Part shown: piece by piece, positions 49,601 to 62,892 of the stretch
Layout of the letters: every line of letters begins with the position of its first letter
How positions within the stretch are numbered: the first letter of the stretch is position 1
Origin: Azolla caroliniana
Lineage: Eukaryota; Plantae; Polypodiophyta
Assembly: GCA_043228905.1 (NCBI GenBank)
Contig: JBHGNT010000055.1
Location: 109,371 to 173,370 of the forward strand
Reading direction: 5' to 3'
DNA length: 64,000 nucleotides
Program-made: the position numbers and the translations under genes
Notes under the pieces: model-generated
What the model was told of the DNA's origin: nothing
The model's database searches: none
What the model saw: the letters and a program-made list of their open reading frames with translations, nothing else

Positions 49601-51191
49601 AGTAATTATTCAGCCTTTTGCATAACAAACAGAAGATCTTCCCGAACCATCCTACCCTACTCTACACATATACATAATCCATTCCTTTACCTACCTACCT
49701 ACCTACCTACCTATCTATAGAATATGTACATATATATATGTGTGTGTATGTGTGCGTTATTTAAAAGCTAAAAAACACGTAGGACGCTGGAAAGTGGGTT
49801 GTGTCACGTTAGTCGCTAAGGGCAAGCAAGTAGAGAATAGAGATGGGTGTTTTTCCTACTTCTATATATGCCTGGTTTAAGACCGACATTCCTGATACCA
49901 TCAAATTGCTGTGAAGAGCCGAACATACATGAATAATCTCCACCTTTGGATCTCGGAAGAAGATCCGGTTCAGTCTGTAATAATGAGAGTAGTAGTAGGG
50001 CTCACGCTTGTTACTGAATAATCCTGGTACGAATCCTATGATAAGTTTGGGTGGAATTGTGTAGGAATATTTATAGCTCATCCATCATAGGTAAAGCTAC
50101 TTGCCAGGCCTCTTTGTTTAGAGGATTTGCACTCTTGTCATTAGTACAGCCAGTCGTCTTTGTTTGGAGGACAATTTCTAATTAATTGCCCTCGGACCAA
50201 CCTGTGGCACTGGCAACATAGGAATGATATTTGCTCATCCATCCCCTCCCTCCCTCCCCCATTCTACATGACACACAAGCTGTACATACTGATGCAGCTC
50301 ATACGAAAGAAAGAAAGCACACACGCTATGCTGGCCTCATATTTTGGGAACTTAAGGTCGGGGGGGGGGGGTGGGGTATCTTGCCGTAGGTATATCTGTA
50401 TGTATGTATGTATGTACTTTGGGTTTAGGGAGTTTTAGGAGTGGGCCGACGGTATTTCCTTCTCACTTGACGTCATGTCCAATGATTTAAATAGCTGGAA
50501 AGCTTTAGAAACGCCCACCCCTAGGCATTTAACCAGGCACTAGTCGATTTTGTTTCCAATGAGAGAGAAGCGAGGCACTATATTGATCGACCGACGCCTA
50601 ATTAGAGACGTATGTGGCAGTGTACACAAAGTTGTATGAATGCAGAGGGGAAACAGGCAATCATATTATTTATGCCTGCAGTGGAAAGGGTTGAGACGAT
50701 AGGAAGAACGAAAAAGGATTAGAAAGACATTTGCCTGGAACAAGAAGCAATAAATCATTATAATAATTAAAGCGAAAGGACTAGTTTTGGTCTATTAGGG
50801 ATACATGACGATTGAGTTGTATATTGTATGTATGTATGTATGTAAGTAATGTATGTAAATGTATGTATGTTGATCAAGACAATGATGACAAATACATACA
50901 CTGAATCTTATTAATTAGCCCCAATTAGGACGAATAATAACGAATGAATTAGGCTGAAAGCCATTGATGACTCTCCCCCCAGGCCCAAGGGGCAACTTAT
51001 ACTACTCTGATAGTAGCTAGAAGTGTGACATTGTACAGGTCAATATTAATAAATAAATAAATATATAGAAAGAGTTGCTCTCTAAATTAGAGATCTTCAC
51101 TTAATAAAACTGAACGGCCTGAGGAGTACTGTAACTAAGGTTTTCTCTTGGATTGCTGCTACTACTGTGGCTATTGATTTGCAACCTGTTT

Positions 51192-52376
51192 TTATCGCAG
51201 AACAGAGGACATGAAAGACGAAGAATTAGGCAATGGTGCAAGAGTAGTAACTGAAGGCGTAACAGAATTAGTCGGTGTAGTATTATTGATGGCTGGTACT
51301 CCGGGAGCTTTTTGATCGTTGCCGTTAACTACTGTCGTTGGATCTTCTTCTTCTTCTTCTTCTTCTTCTTCTTCTTCTTCTTCTTCTTCTTCTGTGACAT
51401 GACTGCTCGAGATATTTGTAGCTGCTATTGTCGACAGATCCATTATACCAGCATCGCCAATCACATCCCCTGATATTGGGGGCTCATTATAAGGCTCAGG
51501 AGGTACATGACTTATCGTATTATTATTATTATTATTAGTAGTAATAATAGTAGTAGTAGTGGTCAGTGCTGCTGTTGAATAATGAATCGGCTTCCTGTAG
51601 AGTGCATCCAATTCATGGAAATAAGGGCAAGTCTTGGCGTTCTCAGGTCGCTTCTTGTTGCTCTCCCTCGCTCTCTTGAAGTACTTATTGATGTTCTCCC
51701 ACTTCTCCTTGCATCTCTTGGCATTCCGGTTGGGATACCCCATTCCCGCCATACTCTTGGAGATGTCCTCCCACAGAGGAGCTTTTGGGGCCCCAGCCTC
51801 ATTGAATTTGGCTTGCATGTCACTGTGTAGTTTGATGAGTGCAAGCACCTCCGCCTTATGCCATCTCTGGCTGCCATTCATGTTTGATGGATCCGATGGT
51901 TGCTCACTGCAGCTCCTCCTCCTAAGCACCTGATCTTCACCCCATGAAGACGTCGCCCTCATAATATCCGTTGATAATGGCTCCTGCAGGGAAGGGGAAC
52001 GGATGGCAGTCGGCGTGGTAGAGCCATGAGAAGACATTTGAGATTTTCTTGGGAGAACAACACTGTGCAGAGGCAGGGCACTCTGCACAGGTTTTGCGGC
52101 AATGGGCACTGCATTTGCAGTAGTAGTAGTAGTAGTAGTGGTGGTGGTGGTGGTGGTGGTGGTGATGGCCGGCGAAGGCATACATACCATGGGGCTAGCT
52201 GGTAGCTCTACTATATCCTCCTCCTCCTCCTCCTCCTCCTCCTCATGGCTTGTATTTGCGGGTGGTGCTGAAGATAGAAATGGTACGAGAGCAGCAGCCG
52301 CAGCAGCAGTAGCTGATTCCAGGGGAGCCGGCGTATTGTAATTGTAATTGTAGTTGTAGTAGGGAGCTTGTGCGCT

Positions 52377-52407
<31 letters not shown>

Positions 52408-54400
52408 CTGCCGCAGCAGCTGTGGAGGAAGTGAATGAGCGCAGCATCACGGCTGGCAGCCGATGTCCTGTCTCGTGCCCTCAGCTCATTGTCCAGGCTC
52501 ATCCTGGCCATCTCCTGATGCCTCCACCTCTCCTCTCGTAAGGCGCGATCCCTGTCCCTTCTTTCTAGAGCTTCCAGGAACCTCTGCTGCATCTGCTCCT
52601 GCCTGTCCAACACTTTCGTCAGCAACCGCTCCAACAATCCGGCCATGGCCCTGTACCTTCTGCTGCTGTTGCTGGAGGAGGCCTTGGCGATCTTCTCCCT
52701 GTTCTGCTCATCATCATCACGACCAGAGGTGCGGGCACCTGCATATGGCGGTCCACCATTCCTCTTCCTCTTCCTCTTGCTCTTGCTCTTGCTCTTGCTC
52801 TTCTGTACAACAGCAGGCCCCCGTGGATCCGAATAAGTATTACCGGGTAGCATAACGTCTTCCTTATCACTAGTATCCCACCCATTATTATTCTCCTCCT
52901 CCTCCTCCTCCTCCTCCTCCTCCTCATTATTGTCGTCAGAAGTCGTGGATGATTCAGTAGACAGGTCAAGGAGCTGGTTAGCTAGTGCTGCAGTAGCCCT
53001 ATGATTCAACAAAACGCCCGATGTACTTGCAGTAATCTTTCCATTATTGTTATTCCTAAACGCATTAATGCTTTTGCCAACATGAATGGGCCTTGGATTA
53101 CTGTTATTATTACTATCCGGAGTGTGAGTGTTAGCTGTAATCACATGGGCATCGGCAGCATTACCATTAATTTGGTTGTTACTAGTGCAGGCGCTTATAA
53201 CCGACACATTGTTGTTATTATTTGTGGACATAGCAGTAATAACAGTAGCAGTTTTAGTAGCGTGATCTTGTCTATATAATGCTTCAAGGTGAGTGAAGAA
53301 TCGGTACGCTTTCCCATCTTGCCTCTTCTTGTTCTGCCCACCGCCCTTCATCGTCTGCCCTTCTAATTTGCTTCGCTTGTAATACTTGTTCACGTTCTCG
53401 AATTTCTCCTTGCACTTCTTGCCACCCCTTATCTGATAGCCTAGCTCCCCTAGCTTCCTGTCTCGCAAATGCCAATTTTTAAAGTTCTGAATTAAAAATG
53501 ATTCATTCTTCAATTGTTTTAACTTTTGGGTTAGAGTGAGTTGAATTGTGTAAGGCCGTCAGTTATTGTATTGGTTTACAGTTGATTTCCATACCGCATA
53601 ATTATATCCTTAGGCTACAAGTAAGTAACTATTGGTATAATATGTTTAGTTCATAAAAAAAATCTACACGATTGAATGATTATGTAAACCTTTTAGATAC
53701 ATGATATATGTACACATAAAATCTATGTAGTTGTAGTTGTATTTTGGGAGGCTGCTATATGAGGCCCGTTTGGGATCAACTACATCGTCAAGGATTCGCT
53801 TATATATATATATATATATGTGCGCACGCGTAGGAGATGTCGTTAGTCAGGAGATCTGTGATCCTTTACGTCGGATTGAATAGATGTTAAGTATTCAGAA
53901 GCAGAGGAGATAATTTATGATGGGTTGGGTTGTAGCGATTAAGGGAATTTGGGTTTTGTGATTAGCTATGATTACAGGATTGTGGTTAGGTTTGCTGATA
54001 ATGGAAAATGGTGTCATACCTGGACACCTCCTCCCATAGCGGATGTTTGAGGTTGGAATCTCGGAAGGAGGAGTCCATCTCCTGCCGGATCTTCAAAAGG
54101 GCGACTGTCTCTTGGCTAGGCCATCTCATCCCTGCCACTGAAGATCCTGCACCGCCAGACCCATCGCGATCTGCAGTCTGGATCGATTCTAATTGCAGGT
54201 CCGCCAGACCCTGCTGTAATTGGCCATCATCCGACGACATAATCCCGGCGAACGCTGACTGCTGATTAGTCTGCGGCCCTGAAATCGCCTGTATACTGAT
54301 AATTAAGTATAGGGTGCATTAACCATGAAGTATGTATATATTGTATGTAACTGCTGAGGTTTAAGGAGTAATTAGTTACCTGCACAGTATCGGGGTTCAT
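51192..54400 (-). CDS. GT-2/GTL1-clade trihelix transcription factor (two trihelix domains); exons 54400-54380 (tentative), 54288-54020, 53457-51192
   Basis: The N-terminal trihelix RWPSQETVALLKIR...PLWEEVSR|KLGELGY...KCKEKFENVNKYYK is split by a GT-AG intron. Then a coiled coil QEQMQQRFLEALERRDRDR...EERWR and a C-terminal trihelix RWHKAEVLALI...KRCKEKWENINKYFK...CPYFHELD. The start could instead be the ATG at 54240. Confidence 0.93.
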
Positions 54401-55246
54401 ATTGTCCTTATTAATCGTATTGATAATGGGATCAGTGCTGTCATATTATTGCTAGCACTATTAAGCATCACGAGGAGTAAATTGCTGCTTTCGATTGCTT
54501 GAATTAATTAAGTATCATCACTGATAAACATATATATCCATGCTAAATGATGAACTGACAGATCAGCAATGTAATGAATTGATCAAGTTCATTCACGTCT
54601 GCCAAATTAGAATGATATAATGTGGTCTTGCTCCTCAAATGGTAGCTCATAATTAGAGATAGATAATAGTTAGGCCAAGATAATAATTTGTGAGGAGAAT
54701 AATGGATTGAATAAATATTATTGACTTGTAAAAGATTAATGATAATAGTAATGACAAAGTAGTGAAACTATAAAAAATGGGTCCCAGAGGGAGGAAAGAG
54801 AAAGACATTTACATATATATATATATACAAATAAATAATAGCTGGCAGTTACATTGGGATGGGTACCATGGTAAAAGGGGAGTAGGGGGCCAGGACTCAG
54901 GAGGAGGCATCTATTATGTACATACATATACATACAAAACAAATCCTCCCATAAAAATAAAAAACATATGTACATACATACATACATACACAGAGCTGCT
55001 GCTGTTGGCAATTATTTCACAAGTAAAAAAGAAAGATGTGCGGTTTCATGAAGAGTTAGTCATTCAGTCGATGCTATGGCATGCATGCATATATTTGTTA
55101 TGTAGTCTATTTAGAGAAGGCGGCTAACTCGATTTTATTTATTTTTTGTTAAAAATAATAATAAAATATCTATATAATATTCCCTTTTTTTCTTTTTGTT
55201 TAATTAATGATCATAATAAAAAAGCGAGCAAATTCTTCCTTTACAT

Positions 55247-55249
55247 TAC

Positions 55250-55292
<43 letters not shown>
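55247..55292. repeat. (TATACA)n microsatellite
   Basis: Tandem hexamer upstream of the trihelix gene. Confidence 0.8.
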
Positions 55293-55294
<2 letters not shown>

Positions 55295-56999
55295 TTCAAC
55301 TCCCCATTTGCAGCATGCATCATCGTCGTTCTCCTACCCTTTACTGCTCTTGCTACTACATACTCATTCAGCGCCTTTCCATTGTAGAGACTCGAGAGGT
55401 CGTGGTGGGTCAATTTGTCTTCCTTCTTTTATGTAAATACTACTCCATTATTATGTACATAATTAAAATAGGAGTGATTGGTTTACACGTCCTAGGGGGG
55501 AGAGGGGGAGAGAGAGAGAACAAAAGTTTAAGAGATGAGACATTATGATGACATTACCAGAATATATTTCATCCCATATATAATTTTTACTTCCTTCTCT
55601 TGGCATCTACCAAAATGCCCTGCCCCTCCCATTGAATCCTCCCCCATTTATTTTTATATTTTTGGGAGGGGGAAAGGGGACGTGTGTGGCTGTTTTGTTT
55701 TTTTGGTTTGTGTTTTTTTTTAAACATTGACTATCTACTTACACCAACCAACCAACAAACTTTCCTTTTGCTTTTCTCCTTCATCACATGGCCATGGAGG
55801 CCCCTCGGCACTCGATAAATCTAGGAAGATGACAAATTAGGTGTGTCGTGCTCCCCTCACTCACTGATGATTAAAAGTCTTCGAAATTGAAAATGTGCAA
55901 ATGCACAAGTTAAGTGAAAGAAATGTTTTATTTTAACGTTTTCTTCAGTTTAGTCTTATGGTTAAGAAACAACATGTTGGATCACAAATAATGGTTCTCT
56001 CTCTTTTTTATTGCTTGTGATGAAGGGTCCACTATGGATACTTCGCTCCATAAGAATTCCTACCCACACAATTACATTGGTATTGTCTTCAACCCCAAAC
56101 TTTTTATATCCATATACCTATCTATCGTTTATGTTTGTTTATTTATTTATTTGGTTTATATCATAGTTATTGTATACACATTGACTTAAAGTTGTTTGAT
56201 TGGTATTCACTTGTACACAATTGGATGAATGACTAAGAATCCTACAACATACGATCCTAAAATCATCAACCATCGTTAGTTTATGCGTCTTCCATCTCCA
56301 CGCTACTTATAAGCTCTCTTCTTTAAATAACATCACTTTGTACATGATGGAATAAAAGGTTTGATTTATCAACTCAACATGCGAGTGATCCCATGGATTT
56401 ATATGTGGTTGTTGCTCGGAGATATACGATTGTCTTGACTCTTGAGATTGTCCCATGCCTTTCTAAATTTATGTCCTTTTGATATGAAGAATTACACAAA
56501 TTCTTAACTAAATGAATGGCCAAAACCTCATATGTCAAGAAAGAATTTGCAGGACCTTGATTTCTTGGAGATTAAGGTTGAATATATTTATTTAGAGTAC
56601 CTAAATGGATTCAATTCATCGGTGCAATATTGCGAGTCAAGTTTGTAAGAGAAGATGGCCTCAAAGAATCCTTTGCACTTTTACAATGAGACTATAAAAT
56701 ATCCAAAAAAGAATATACTCCATTAGTTATAATGTACACAACTTAGATCCCTTTATCGAGTAGTCCTTGCCTAAATTATCCTATCATTCATGAGCGATCT
56801 CACTTCTTTATCTTACACTTTCACACGTGTCTCTAGCCAATCTTTCATGCACATCACCTGCATTCAATATCCTACATGTCATCTTGTTCACGCCCCTCTT
56901 TCAACTAATGGGAGGGGGGAACAACCATTTGGGTACTACATACTGCCATCATATATCCATTCCATTTGTTGTAGCCATCTGTGTAGTACACCAATGTTT

Positions 57000-58725
57000 G
57001 CTAAAATTCAGCCTCATTAGTAACTCCGAAACATCATTAGTTCCATCAATCTTCTCATATTGTGCTCTCAATGTATAATTTATTAGTGTGTGCCATATTA
57101 GCTTAATTAATTCAACTGAAGAGCGTTTGTTTGGTGAAAATACTTGGTACACCTTGTCGTCCATATGCAGCATATGGTAATGAGTGCAAGCGGCATCCAT
57201 AGATCTCCAAAATTTTGCTTTTGCGCAATAACTACAGGTACCCTGTTGTTAGTGATCAGCCAAACAATTCCATTCTCCCCTTTGTACATTGCTTTGCATG
57301 TGCTATCATATTTCGCTACATCATCCTCAAGAAAGTTCCAACAAGCATGTCCCCAATTGAGGGTGAACGAGCTAGAGGCATGGCATAGCAAACATAATGC
57401 CCTTCCCCATACAATTGTTTCCTTGTGACATTCCCATAGACAATGGGAAATGTTTTCTAAGTGTCCACATACAATACATCTAGGGTCTACATTGGGGCCA
57501 TCACCCCACGTCCCTACCGGCAAGGCTCTATGCGCTATAAGCCATAAGCACATCATTATCTTGCAATCATTATTGTCATGCCATATCATTTTCTAGAATT
57601 TATCTAATCTCCTTTCACTAATGCCCTCATGTATCCAAAATTTATGTGTTGCAATCTTGTTGTGTTCTTTTTCTAGAATAATTTGCCTCCCAATGTTTGT
57701 GTTGTACCTGAAAAATTGGACCAACACCCTCAATTTGTCCTTGAGTTCTCTAGAAATACATTGCTAGGTCCCATGATAGCTGATTCGAATGCCTTTCTAT
57801 TGGCCAACAGACTGCCGTTGGGGTGATCTCCCTTGGCAGAGGGTCAATCATCATATCCTTTCCATTTTTTGCAATAAGCCTAATCGGCCTTTCACTTTGA
57901 TAGGCTAGTTGCTCACATATTGCCATTCCATGCTCTATTTTGTAGTAGCATGCCTCATTAGATCCTACTTTCATACCCTTAATTCCAATTTATTAGACAA
58001 TTCTCAGCATCTATAAGTCCTATCCATTAAGTTTCAGAGGTAGTTATATTTTAATCTTCCAAGGTATGCATGTTGCATGCAATGGCATTTATAATTCTTT
58101 TGAGCATGCTTTTACCCCTGCTTATCCTCCATATTCTAGCCTTTTGAGTACCCACATCATTAGATAGAAATCTCTTCCAATCCACCAATGCATTCCCTTG
58201 GGCATTGATTAAGTTGGCCCATTTAAAGCCTGTTTTTGTCCTATCATCAGCCCATCCACATCTCTAATCAGTGGGTTCCGCTCAATTGACGTGTACAATT
58301 GGGCATATGCATCATTTCTCCACCTACATGTGATCCTCTTTCTGGTTCCTTGCCATGTTTTCATAATTCCAACAACACATAGACTACGCATACATCCCCA
58401 ATATTTGGGTTGCATTTCTGGCACAAAACCCCAAAAGGGGTTGCTTGGCTAGCTTCCACCTTGTCCCTGCAGCCACATCTTCTATCTGCGTCTCCATAGA
58501 ATTTTCCAAGGTGCCTCAGGTGGTTGCAAGCTCATGCCCACCAATTTGCCTAGGAAGGCCTTTGTTTTCACCACGGGATCTATCAATCCCACCCCGCCTT
58601 CACTTTTTCCTTTTATCAGTGTGGTCCAAGTAACCTTTGCACGAGCTTGTTTTTCCTCCATATCCCTCCATAAGAAATTTTTGATAATCGTTTTGTTGAG
58701 AGTCGAACTCAACTTCCCATAGAGA
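57000..58725 (-). mobile_element. Decayed L1-like LINE ORF2 3' fragment (post-RT region and zf-RVT)
   Basis: KNFLW...AKVTWTTLIKGKSEGGVGL (58482-58712) and WLIAHRALPV...CIVCGHLENISHCLWEC...CCIWTTRC (57107-57589). Confidence 0.8.
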
Positions 58726-59354
58726 TAGGTTTCACACTAACTCATGGACATACCAGGCTAGTTTTGTAAATAGTAGAAAGGGCACTTACCCTACCTTAGT
58801 TGGTATTTAAATCAACCCCTTGTAACTTAGTTACTGTTGGAAGTATTTTTGGTTAATGTGTTGAGAATCAAGCTCAACATAACACAACGTGTGAACACAC
58901 GTTTTGAGAATCCATGATTACTCAAAGGTCAAGAGTCACACGACTACTCTCTACACATTAACTATGTGTCATAGAATTATATTCTATGACACATAACTAA
59001 TGAGTTACATATTCCCCATGACTATGAGTCTTCACATTCCCCAAGGGAGAGTAGTGGTTGTAGTTAGTTAATGAAAAGAGAGGGTGACTATATATAAAGC
59101 ACCCTTCTCCTACTTCATACTAAGTCGGTTGTGACTCCTTGTTATGCCATATTTTGTAAATCTTATTCTACTTGTGAAATATACACCTTCTTCTTGAGTA
59201 TTCTATTTTCCTCTCATTTATTTATCTTGAGTTCTCTTTTCTCTCCTCTCTTTTCCTCTCACACATATATGCACATAATGCACATCTATTCCGTTGCACA
59301 AGAATCACCATCGATTCTTTACATAATGTAACATACAATCCTTTATCTTTGTCT

Positions 59355-59398
<44 letters not shown>

Positions 59399-60619
59399 TT
59401 TGTCTTACATGCATACACACACACACACACATTCCTTCCGCTGCATCTCAATCACTCTTGCTCCTCATTTCCTTACATGGTATCAGAGCGAGTGGTGACT
59501 TAAACGAATCTATTCAACTGTGTTGTGGTACACGCCGACGATCAACAGAACTGGCTCATCAATAGAAAAGAAATCGACATAATGAACACTCAGATGGGAA
59601 GCGCTCTTCCTACCGAGAAGCTTGACAGAACGAATTTTGCATCTTGGGAATACAAGATGCATCAATACCTTGTCGGACAAGGTTACTGGAGCTACATTGA
59701 AGGAGCTCACGAAACTCAACCCAACCCAACACATGTCGACTATCCCGCTTGGGAGCAGGCTGCAAGCCGTGTGTTGTATTGCCTTGCATCATGCATTCAT
59801 GATCATATGCTCGGCTATATTCGAGAGGCGAAAACGCCAAAGGAAGCTTGGGGAAATCTCAAGAAGATTTTTGCGGCCAACACAACTGCACAAAAGATCC
59901 AACTTCGATAGGAGCTAAACAACATGCAATAGAGGGACATGTCGATCACCGGCCATACCTTAAAGATCAAGGAGTTTGTGTGATGCCCTCGGTTCGATTA
60001 ATGTCGTAATCGACGATGACGAGATGGTGCAAATATGCCTCGGCGGCTTAGCACCCCAATTTGGCTTGATTAGATCGGCCATCCTTGCAAGGGAGAACCC
60101 TGGACCTTCATTTTTCGATCTCCAATCAATATTGTTGGTTGAGGAAAATCACGCTTGGCAAAGGAGCAACGCACCAGAGGGTCATATGTTCTACTCCCAG
60201 TCGGATGATAGAAGAAATTCCAGCCATGGAAATAGAGGTTGATTTGGACAAGGCCGTCACAATCGGTAGACCCAAGAGCGTAACTCCCATCAATGGCATG
60301 GGGATAGAAACAACCCTAGAGAGTTTGTCAAAAGGGGGGAGCCACCTCGTCGGACCGAGCAATCATAACAACCCGATCATATGCGGGTATTGTGGAAAAC
60401 ACGACCACTATGAAGAGGAGTGCCGGAAAATGGTATGAGACTCGGCTTCAACTAGCTGATAGCTCACGAACTACACATCGAATTCTGATTATGACGATCG
60501 TAGCGGAATGTTCATGATGAGGCACAAAGCGCACTCAATGGCAACTCAAGGAGAAACAAGCACCACACCCTCAGAGAATGTATGGTTTGTTGACACAGGA
60601 GCATCCAACCACATGACGT

Positions 60620-61465
60620 TGTGAGGGTAGTTGTGGTTCGTGCGGCGAAGTCACAGGGACTAAGGTTAAGGGGAGTTGAAGGAACTTTTATAAGGCTTGC
60701 GCACAAATGTTAGGAAAATTAAGGATAAGAGGAATATGAGTTTAAAGTAATATGTGAGAGAGAGAGAGACGAGTATAGATAAAAGATAGAGACAATGTAT
60801 GATTCAACAAGCAAGATAGAGACAAAGTATGATTTAAGAAAAAAAAAAGTATATGATATGAACATGATGTATATTACGAATACAAGATTTTACCAACTTT
60901 ACAATGCTTGATAACAAGATGAACCCTTTCTCTACTGACTCTTGATTCGAACCCTTGACTCCAACTTGGAAACACGAGCCTCTTCACCAACAAGCTAACT
61001 TGTTTGTTTCTTTGATTATCTTATTTCTCTAACTTTCTCTTGATTGATTACCGTGTTTTTTTATAATGCATGTGAGGGTAAAGACATGCATGCAATGCAT
61101 GAAATGCATGTGATGCATGATAGACATCTCGCTCATTTGAGCTTCCATGTATGAAAATAGACATGGGATAAGTATAATGACGGAAATACATTCTACAATA
61201 ACTAACCTAGCTTAGAGGTGTACACCTTGTGCTTGGTATACAAGGTTGAGGGTTTAAGTCTCTCAATTTTACTCAATACAATATTTAGCTTCATTCTTAT
61301 ATCTTTGAAGCACATTCTTTACAATAGTTCTAAAAATAAATAGCCTAGCTTAGTGGCATGTACATTGTACTTTATATATAAGGGTGTGGGTTTAAGTTTT
61401 ATTAAATATTACTAAATACAATATTTACGTTCATTTTTATATTGTGAAGCACATTCTTCACGACA
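60620..61465. mobile_element. Solo LTR (846 bp) nested in the copia protease region, 4-bp TSD ACGT
   Basis: TGTGAG...CACGACA flanked by ACGT (60616-19 and 61466-69). Removing it restores GASNHMTFPEDSFRELRKPERPGYVETGD. Confidence 0.9.
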
Positions 61466-62234
61466 ACGTTTCCGGAAGATTCGTTTCGGGAATTACGAAA
61501 ACCCGAACGACCCGGATATGTCGAGACAGGCGATGACACGACTCATCCAATACAGAATATCGGGAACGTCCCATTCGAAAACAACGGCAAACAAACCTAC
61601 CTCAAGAACGTATTGCATGGTCCTACTATCACAAAAAACCTGGTCTCGGTCGGCCAGATTGTCGAACAAGGAATGCAAGTACGATTCAACAATGATAAAA
61701 GTGTTACTAAAAACGATTCAATAATGATGGGTGCTTTATCGAAAGAGGAGATCAAGTCGTAGCTCAGAGCCGTCGTGAAGGCCGTATGTTTGTCCTCGAA
61801 TTGAACGAGGTAAAATCGGCCATGTTTGCAAAGGGCCTCAAAGTCGAAACCGACCTAAACATGTCGCACAAGAGAATTGGTCACATCAATCTCTAGAAGC
61901 TTCAGAACATGCAATCGAAAGGAGTCGTAATCAGACTCCCGAACTTACCCGTGAAGGAGATTACGGGCGTATGCGAAGTGTGCCAATTCGGAAAGCAACG
62001 CTGACATCCATTCCCGAAAGTGCGGAATGTGAGCAAAGGGATCTTGGATGTTGTACATTTAGATGTATGGGGACCGGCTCATACAAGCACACTTGACGAA
62101 TGCTGATATTACGTCACGTTCATCGACGACTTCTCCAGGCACACCTGGATCTACCCGATGAGACAGAAGAGCGAAGTGTTCGGACACTTCCAGAGGTTCA
62201 AGGTTGAAGTCGAAAAAACTACGGGTCGGCACGT

Positions 62235-62892
62235 TGTCGCGTTTTTCCGCGCGTGCGTGTAGAATAAGGCGGGACCACGGGGGTCTTGGACTAGGGAGTA
62301 GATTGGAAGACGGGTATGAGCAAAGTGGAAGAGATTAACACGGTAGAGAAAATAGAAAGAGACAAGGTTTATGAAGTTATGTATATTATGGGCATGAAAG
62401 CCACAATGCGATTACAACCGCGGCCGCGTGGGCCGGACTCAAAACATAAGTAGAATGTAAACCCTAATCGGATAAGCAAAGAAAGAAATGAAGAAACCCT
62501 AAACCAAATAGAAACCCTCGACCTAAGTGGTATACCTCTTCTCACTCAAAATAGGCAAACCCTCAATGGTGCCCTTCCTCTCCTATTATAGCATAAGGAG
62601 AGAATGTTGTTACAAAAGGGGAGAGACTAAATATCCCCTTCATTCAATGGGGGATATTTGCTTAGATTCTTGGAGGAGGGATTGATGGGGCCTTAACTCC
62701 CACTCCTCACACATACTACCATGCCCATTACTCACCTCGTACTTCTATGTACCCCTCTCTTTCTCATGTGGATGTGCACATAAGTGCACATCACATTTAC
62801 ATTTTAGGAATCTTGTCGTGCATTTCTTACAATTTACATTTGTTCTTATTAATATTTTACAAAAACATCATGTGCGTGTGCAACGTTGCACA
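62235..62892 (-). mobile_element. Solo LTR (658 bp) of the 6847-7622 gypsy-like family nested in the copia integrase, 4-bp TSD ACGT
   Basis: TGTCGC...TGCACA flanked by ACGT (62231-34 and 62893-96). Removing it restores GRHVRCLRSDG. It shares a ~50-bp terminal block with LTR 6847. Confidence 0.92.

Noticed and set aside
51563-53475. Alternative-frame and antisense ORFs with poly-H, poly-V and poly-R
   Set aside because: Shadows of the trinucleotide repeats in the trihelix gene.
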